Shown piece by piece: positions 58,512 through 64,000 of a stretch of DNA of 64,000 nucleotides. Origin of the DNA: Bacilli bacterium (GTDB lineage Bacteria; Bacillota_I; Bacilli_A; RF39; UBA660); the NCBI GenBank assembly GCA_017511375.1, contig JAFWKJ010000002.1, positions 12,090 to 76,089 of the forward strand, written 5' to 3'. Under the pieces are notes generated by a model. The model had not been told where the DNA came from, did not search any database, and saw only the letters and a list, made by a program, of their open reading frames with translations. Numbering within the stretch: position 1 is the first letter of the stretch; each line of letters opens with the position of its first letter. The translations under genes and the position numbers were made by a program.

Positions 58512-58582
58512 TAAAATCCCTCCATATCATCTAAATTATAGCAAACTCTAACCAATTATACAATAAAACAAAAATAGAGAAA

Positions 58583-60541
58583 TCAATTTTTCTCTATTTC
58601 ATCAAACACGGGTTCATCACCTCTTGGTTCAGATCCTTTTAAATAATACATGAGTTTAATATTTTGGTCTTGATCGCTTGCAGGTCTTCCTGATATAGGT
58701 TCTACAAGGACGCCCACAACATTATTGGGTTTTTCATACCACCCATCTTGCTCATCTACATTTTCTTCATAGCCTTCCACCGTTCTATACCAAATGTTTT
58801 GGGCATATTTATAATCACTTTTCACGAGCTCTTGATTATCATCATATCCAACCCATACGGCACATAACACATCTTTATTAAATCCAATATTCCAGTTATC
58901 TCCACTCGTTGTTCCACTTTTTAAAGCATAAGTGTGCTTTAGTTTTCCAGACAAACTAATAGCCGTAGGATAGTTATAATCTATATAGGCAGGATCATAA
59001 GGTGCTGTAAGCATTTGATTTAAGATATAGACTAAACTAGGATTTAAAACATAATCTTTCGATTCTTTTCTTTCATATAAAACATGCCCATCTTTATCTA
59101 CCACCTTACGGATTGTATGGCCGTCCACTTTATACCCCAGGTTCGCAAAAGTAGAATATCCTTCCGCCATACTAATGATATTGATTTCACTCGTTCCTAA
59201 AGGAAGAGAAGGAACCTCATCTAATTCTTCTTCAATTCCTACACGTTTAGCCATTTGTATTAGGGTATCCGTTCCTAAAAACAAATGAGTTTTAACGGCA
59301 TAGATATTATCACTATAAGCAATAGCAGTAGCCATAGAAATCGCTTTATCCCCATAGACATCATTATAGTTATGAGGAGAATAGGTTTTTCCTTTTTCAA
59401 GAGGAAAGGTAGTCCGTTCACTAATAAAAGCTGTACTAGGAGTAAATCCATTTTCCAAAGCAGCATAGTATAGATAAGGTTTCATAGTAGAACCAACCTG
59501 TCTCTTAGAATAAAGAGCGCGATTATAACTAGAAGATTGGTAGTTTCTACCACCCATCAACGCCATGATTCCCCCGTCATTTGGATCCATTACAACAACA
59601 GCTGTTTGTAAAGAACTTTCTTCTGGAAAAGTATCTTTAATAATATCCTCTAAATTTTTTTGTAAATCATAGTGAAAAGAAGTATATATTTTTAAACCTC
59701 CCAGCTTACTATAATCAGTAGGAATAGAGGGCAGTTCTTTTAATTCCTCCATGACAGCGTCCTGATAATAATTGATACTAGTAAGAACTTCTTCTTGTTC
59801 TTCTCCCACAAAAACAAGTCCTTCCTGATAGGCTTTCTTTTTTTCTTGTTTAGAAATAATTCCATTTTTCTCTAACTGATTCAAAACAATTTTTTGTCTT
59901 TTCTTAGCCGCCTCTTCATCAATAAAAGGAGAATAATTTCCAGGAGCTTTTGGTAATCCTGCAAGCAAAGAAGCTTCTGCTAAATCCAATTCCTTACAAC
60001 TTTTATGAAAATAGTACTGACTTGCATTTTCAATTCCATATTGTCCATGCCCGTAATTAATGGTATTTAAATAACCCTCTAAGATTTCATCTTTCGTATA
60101 ATTAGCTTCTATTCTCATTGTATATAATGCTTCTTCCCATTTTCTTTTCCAAGTTCTATCAAAATCCAAAAATAAATTTTTAGCATACTGTTGCGTAATC
60201 GTAGAAGCTCCCTGAGAATGATTGTTAGTAGTTAAATTATTAAGAAAAGCCTTTCCAATTCTCAAAAAATCAAAACCAAAATGTTGATAAAAATGCTTAT
60301 CTTCTGTATAAATAGTAGCATTTATAATATAAGGAGACATATCAGAAAGAGGAATCCACTCTTGATTATCACTTCCATTAAAAAACACCTGGTCTTCTGC
60401 ATCTAACATAGTAATATTATTAGCGCTATTAATATATATTTTAGGAGAAAATTTTGCATAGAGGAAGAAACCTCCTCCTATAAGGATTATGGATAAAAGA
60501 ATAAAAAGAAAGAAACGAACAAGTTTTTTAAAATGTTTCAT
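58583..60541 (-). CDS. Class A penicillin-binding protein (transglycosylase/transpeptidase)
   Basis: GT51 motifs EDKHFYQHFGFD and GASTITQQ. Transpeptidase motifs STMKP (SxxK), SDN and KSGTT. Start set at ATG 60541. Confidence 0.9.
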   Translation of the reverse strand: MKHFKKLVRFFLFILLSIILIGGGFFLYAKFSPKIYINSANNITMLDAEDQVFFNGSDNQEWIPLSDMSPYIINATIYTEDKHFYQHFGFDFLRIGKAFLNNLTTNNHSQGASTITQQYAKNLFLDFDRTWKRKWEEALYTMRIEANYTKDEILEGYLNTINYGHGQYGIENASQYYFHKSCKELDLAEASLLAGLPKAPGNYSPFIDEEAAKKRQKIVLNQLEKNGIISKQEKKKAYQEGLVFVGEEQEEVLTSINYYQDAVMEELKELPSIPTDYSKLGGLKIYTSFHYDLQKNLEDIIKDTFPEESSLQTAVVVMDPNDGGIMALMGGRNYQSSSYNRALYSKRQVGSTMKPYLYYAALENGFTPSTAFISERTTFPLEKGKTYSPHNYNDVYGDKAISMATAIAYSDNIYAVKTHLFLGTDTLIQMAKRVGIEEELDEVPSLPLGTSEINIISMAEGYSTFANLGYKVDGHTIRKVVDKDGHVLYERKESKDYVLNPSLVYILNQMLTAPYDPAYIDYNYPTAISLSGKLKHTYALKSGTTSGDNWNIGFNKDVLCAVWVGYDDNQELVKSDYKYAQNIWYRTVEGYEENVDEQDGWYEKPNNVVGVLVEPISGRPASDQDQNIKLMYYLKGSEPRGDEPVFDEIEKN

Positions 60542-60652
60542 ACCCATCACCAATATTAGTATGGAAGTTGCTAAGAAAAATATGTATGAAAAATATGGAA
60601 AAAAATTAAAATTATGATATAATCAATACTGAAATTTGAAGTAGGTGATTTA

Positions 60653-61003
60653 ATGCCTAAAATGAATATAAAAGTCTCTATAAAAAATGAGGCTGAAAAT
60701 CAAAATTATAGTGTGCCTGCCATCATAAAAGAGGAAAAGATTCACTATAGAGAAAATCAAGATACGAAAGTTCAATTTGATTATCGGGAAAACACCTTGT
60801 TTCGGGAAAACAAAGACTTTAAAATGACGTATCGGTTTGATTTAAAAAAGGATACAACAGGAATTATCTCTATGAAAGAGTTAAATAAAAGTATTGAATT
60901 AGTGATAAAAACAAAAAAGATAGAAAGAAATAATCTTAATATAGAAATAGAGTTCCAAGTAGAAGGAAAAGAATTTCTATATAGGATAGAGGAAGTAAAA
61001 TGA
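60653..61003 (+). CDS. DUF1934 (YwiB-like) beta-barrel protein
   Basis: 116 aa, overlapping the argS start by 4 nt. This is the conserved Firmicute ywiB-argS pairing. Confidence 0.6.
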   Translation: MPKMNIKVSIKNEAENQNYSVPAIIKEEKIHYRENQDTKVQFDYRENTLFRENKDFKMTYRFDLKKDTTGIISMKELNKSIELVIKTKKIERNNLNIEIEFQVEGKEFLYRIEEVK

Positions 61004-62748
61004 GTTTATTAAAAGAATTAGAAAAAGATTTAAAAGAAATTGTAAAAAAAGCCGGTTATGAAGTAGAAAATCTTGCGATAGAACCTTCTAATAGAAGAGA
61101 TTTAGGAGAATATCAATTAAATGATGCCATGCAGCTTGCAAGAACCTATCATGAAAACCCAAGAGAAATTGCTACGAAAATAGTTAAAGAATTGGAACAA
61201 GATGATAGATTTGAGAATATTAATATTGCAGGCCCAGGTTTTATTAATATTAGTTTAAGTGAAAAATATACAGTAGATTTTCTTAATAAAATGAATGAGG
61301 ATTTATATAATAATATAGATAAAAGAGATAAGAAAAAAGTTATATTAGATTACGGGGGAGCTAATGTTGCTAAGGCATTACATGTAGGACACTTAAGAAG
61401 TGCAAATATTGGAGAGGCCATTAAAAGATTAGCAAGAACGCTAGGATATGAAGTTCTAGGAGATGCTCATTTAGGAGATTATGGAAGACCCTTAGGTTTT
61501 GTCGTATTAGAAATTCAAAAAATGTATCCAGAACTACCATATTTTGATCCATCTTATACAGGTAACTTTGAAGAATTAACACTACCAATCACAAATGCAG
61601 ATTTAGAAAAAATATATCCTTTAGCATCCCAAAAAGCCAAGGAAGATGAAACATATCTAGAAGAAGGAAGACAAGTAACTGCTAAAATTCAAAATCATGA
61701 AAGAGGATACTATGATTTGTGGAAAAAAGTAGTAGAAATATCAAAAGAGGATATTAAACAAGTTTATGATGAATTAAATACAGAGTTTGATTTATGGTTA
61801 GGAGAAAGTGATGGAGCAGAATACTTTGAAGAATTAAAAAATATTTATGAAGAAAAAGGCCTATTACAAGAAAGCCAAGGAGCATTAATTATAGATGTAT
61901 CTGAGGAAAAGGATATTTCTCCTATGCCCCCATTATTGTTTGTTAAATCCAATGGAACTATATCTTATGAGACAACAGATTTAGCAACCATTCTACAAAG
62001 AAAAAAAGATTTTGATCCAGATGAAATATGGTATTGTGTAGACAATAGACAAGCCTTACGTTTTGAACAAATCTTTAGAGCCGTAAGAAAAGTTCAATTA
62101 GTAAGAGACGATGTAGTATTAGAACACATTGGTTTTGGAACGATGAATGGAAAAGATGGGAAACCATTTAAAACCAGGGATGGAGGAGTTATGTCCTTAA
62201 AAGGATTAATCTCTCTTGTGACAGATGAAACCAGAAAAAGAATTAATCCTGAAACAGTTCCTGAAGAAGAAAGGGAAGAAGTAGCAAAAAAGGTTGCTAT
62301 AGCAGCATTAAAATATGCAGACTTCTTACCATATAGAGAAACAGATTATGTGTTTGAAGTAGAAAAATTTGCAGATTTAGAAGGAAAAACAGGACCATAC
62401 TTATTATATTCAACCATTCGTATGAAATCCTTATTAAATAAAGCAAAAGAGATACCAGCAAAAGAGATAAAAAAGATTCAAGGAAAAACAGAAAAAGATA
62501 TAGCACTTGTGTTATTAGAATTACCAAATGTATTAAACAAAGCCCTAGAAGTAAGATCTTTAAATGACATCGCAGAATACTTATTTAATTTAACATCTCT
62601 TTATAATAAGTTTTATGCAGAACACAAAATAATTACAGAAGAAAAATCTGAATTACGTGAATCTTGGATTGTCTTAACAAACCTTGTATATCAAGTAAAT
62701 TCATTACTTTTAGATCTATTAGGAATAGATGTCCCAGAAAAAATGTAA
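61000..62748 (+). CDS. argS: Arginine--tRNA ligase
   Basis: ANVAKALHVGHLRS (HIGH), about 580 aa, DALR anticodon-binding C-terminus. Confidence 0.94.
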   Translation: MSLLKELEKDLKEIVKKAGYEVENLAIEPSNRRDLGEYQLNDAMQLARTYHENPREIATKIVKELEQDDRFENINIAGPGFINISLSEKYTVDFLNKMNEDLYNNIDKRDKKKVILDYGGANVAKALHVGHLRSANIGEAIKRLARTLGYEVLGDAHLGDYGRPLGFVVLEIQKMYPELPYFDPSYTGNFEELTLPITNADLEKIYPLASQKAKEDETYLEEGRQVTAKIQNHERGYYDLWKKVVEISKEDIKQVYDELNTEFDLWLGESDGAEYFEELKNIYEEKGLLQESQGALIIDVSEEKDISPMPPLLFVKSNGTISYETTDLATILQRKKDFDPDEIWYCVDNRQALRFEQIFRAVRKVQLVRDDVVLEHIGFGTMNGKDGKPFKTRDGGVMSLKGLISLVTDETRKRINPETVPEEEREEVAKKVAIAALKYADFLPYRETDYVFEVEKFADLEGKTGPYLLYSTIRMKSLLNKAKEIPAKEIKKIQGKTEKDIALVLLELPNVLNKALEVRSLNDIAEYLFNLTSLYNKFYAEHKIITEEKSELRESWIVLTNLVYQVNSLLLDLLGIDVPEKM

Positions 62749-62755
62749 AAAATTC

Positions 62756-62784
62756 TTGCTATTAAAATATTTCTATGATATAAA
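62756..62784 (+). promoter_or_regulatory. Sigma-A promoter of rpoE
   Basis: TTGCTA at 62756-62761, 17-nt spacer with TG at -15/-14, TATAAA at 62779-62784. Confidence 0.65.
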
Positions 62785-62849
62785 ATTATTTAGATTTTAT
62801 TTGTAAGCAAATTTTTAAGGAAAAAAACAGTTAAGTAGGAGGGCTTTTT

Positions 62850-63299
62850 ATGAGTCTAAAAATCAAGAAAGAAGAGCTAGAATTATTATCAAATAAAGAT
62901 ATAGCTGAATTAATATTACAAAATAGCAAAAGAACACTAAATACAGCAGATCTTTTTAGAAAAATTATGAAATTATTAGATTTACCAGAATCAACATTTG
63001 AAAAAAAGATCGCAGATTTCTATACATCTTTAGCAACAGATAAAAGATTCATTTTATTAGATAATGGAAAATGGGATTTAAGAGTAAATCATACCTCTGA
63101 TAAAGTAATTAAAGTAAGTTCAGAAGATGATGAAGAAGAGGATGAATCTGAAGAAGAAAAAGAAGAAGAAATCCAAGAAGATGAAATGGAAGAAGATAGT
63201 TACGATGATAAAGATGATGAAGTGTATGATGAAGATGCAAATGATGAATTAAAAGACTTAGTCGTAATTGATGAAGATGAATTAGAACTAGAGCAATAA
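62850..63299 (+). CDS. rpoE: DNA-directed RNA polymerase delta subunit
   Basis: HARE-HTH N-domain (DIAELILQ..., FYTSLATDKRFILLDNGKWDLR) plus a long Asp/Glu-rich tail. Confidence 0.85.
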   Translation: MSLKIKKEELELLSNKDIAELILQNSKRTLNTADLFRKIMKLLDLPESTFEKKIADFYTSLATDKRFILLDNGKWDLRVNHTSDKVIKVSSEDDEEEDESEEEKEEEIQEDEMEEDSYDDKDDEVYDEDANDELKDLVVIDEDELELEQ

Positions 63300-63363
63300 T
63301 CTAGTTTTTTTCTTCATAAACTATGGTATAATAAGACTGAATTGGGAAAGAATAGGTGATAAT

Positions 63364-64000
63364 ATGATAGATAGATTAGAAGCAACCCTAAAAAGATATG
63401 AAGATTTAGAACAAGAACTAACGAAACCAGAGATTTTATCTGACATTAATAAGACAAAACAATATTCGAAAGAAATGGCAGAATTAGAAGAAATCGTTGT
63501 TTGCTATAAGAAGTATAAAAAGATTTTAGAAAGTATAGAAGAAACAAAAGAGATGACAAAAGATCCAGAACTTTCTGAAATGGCTAAAGAAGAATTAAAA
63601 GACCTAGAAAATGAAAAAGAAAAAATAGATGGTGAGTTAGAAGTTTTATTAATTCCAAAAGATCCTAATGATTCAAAAAATGTCATTATGGAAATAAGAG
63701 GCGCTGCCGGTGGAGATGAAGCTAATATCTTCGCAGGAGATCTATTTAGAATGTATACGAGATATGCTGAAAAACAAGGTTTTTCTTATCAAGTATATAA
63801 TTCAGTAGATGGTACCGCAGGAGGCTTTAGTCAAATAGAATTGATTATCAAAGGAAAAGGAGCTTATTCTAAATTAAAATATGAAAGTGGATCTCATAGA
63901 GTACAAAGAGTACCTGTAACAGAATCCAATGGAAGACTTCAAACTTCTACCGCAACGGTATTAGTAATGCCAGAAGCAGATGAAGATGTAGAAGTAGAAA
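63364..64000 (+). CDS. prfA: Peptide chain release factor 1 (3' end beyond the window)
   Basis: Own translation: MIDRLEATLKRYEDLEQEL...EIRGAAGGDEA...SGSHRVQRVPVTESNGRLQTSTATV. The PVT tripeptide indicates RF1. No upstream frameshift site as in prfB. Confidence 0.9.
   Translation, partial: MIDRLEATLKRYEDLEQELTKPEILSDINKTKQYSKEMAELEEIVVCYKKYKKILESIEETKEMTKDPELSEMAKEELKDLENEKEKIDGELEVLLIPKDPNDSKNVIMEIRGAAGGDEANIFAGDLFRMYTRYAEKQGFSYQVYNSVDGTAGGFSQIELIIKGKGAYSKLKYESGSHRVQRVPVTESNGRLQTSTATVLVMPEADEDVEVE

Noticed and set aside
1-64000. A search by eye of all spacers for CRISPR arrays, transposases or integrases, prophage or defence islands, toxin-antitoxin pairs, and tRNA or rRNA genes.
   Set aside because: I saw no direct-repeat/spacer arrays, no recombinase-like ORFs, no cloverleaf-capable spacers and no rRNA signatures. 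The only accessory-looking genes are the small islets reported as findings.
63364-64000. A programmed +1 frameshift, as in prfB.
   Set aside because: The gene is RF1 (PVT motif), with a single uninterrupted frame from its ATG. There is no upstream short ORF or CUU UGA site.

Overview
This window is the replication-origin neighbourhood of a low-GC Bacillota chromosome. Gene content and order closely follow the Bacillus subtilis oriC region. From 1 to 31020 every gene is on the minus strand: ftsH, tilS, divIC, yabQ, yabP, spoVG, veg, yabG, rsmA, tatD, metG, mfd, pth, rsmI, ricT, holB, bofA, recR, ybaB, dnaX, tadA, ffs, gyrA, gyrB, recF, dnaN, dnaA. From 31310 to 54565 every gene is on the plus strand: rpmH, rnpA, yidC, jag, mnmE, mnmG, rsmG, noc, soj, spo0J, ychF, rpsF, ssb, rpsR, rplI, dnaB, yycJ, rlmH, ung. 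The switch point (29488-31309) carries DnaA-box clusters on both sides of dnaA, so it is the likely oriC. A 6-kb head-on block (TPM protein, zinc-ribbon protein, pta, lemA, PBP1A) follows, then DUF1934, argS, rpoE and prfA. A minimal 4.5S-type SRP RNA, the RpoE delta subunit and several sporulation genes suggest an Erysipelotrichia- or Clostridia-like spore former, but that is inference only. I saw no CRISPR array, transposase, integrase, tRNA gene or rRNA gene. Most of the window is ordinary core genome and I see no convincing novel multi-gene machine. The most unusual signal is non-coding. A 131-bp intergenic segment (21988-22118) packs two parS sites around two Noc-binding sites (NBS) and one decayed NBS. 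The matching ParB (Spo0J-like) and an atypical Noc-like paralog are encoded 17-20 kb away; the Noc-like protein has a ~200-aa low-complexity linker and no N-terminal amphipathic helix. Secondary leads are: a SipW-type signal peptidase operon with two paralogous anchored beta-rich proteins; a ComK homolog between dnaN and recF; a GT2 plus miniature YD-repeat islet; a lemA-pta-zinc-ribbon-TPM operon; a GyrB Toprim DxDxD to DxYxD substitution; and an SRP RNA whose terminator abuts the tadA ribosome-binding site. All functional calls rest on motif and family recognition by eye and from memory. No database search was run.
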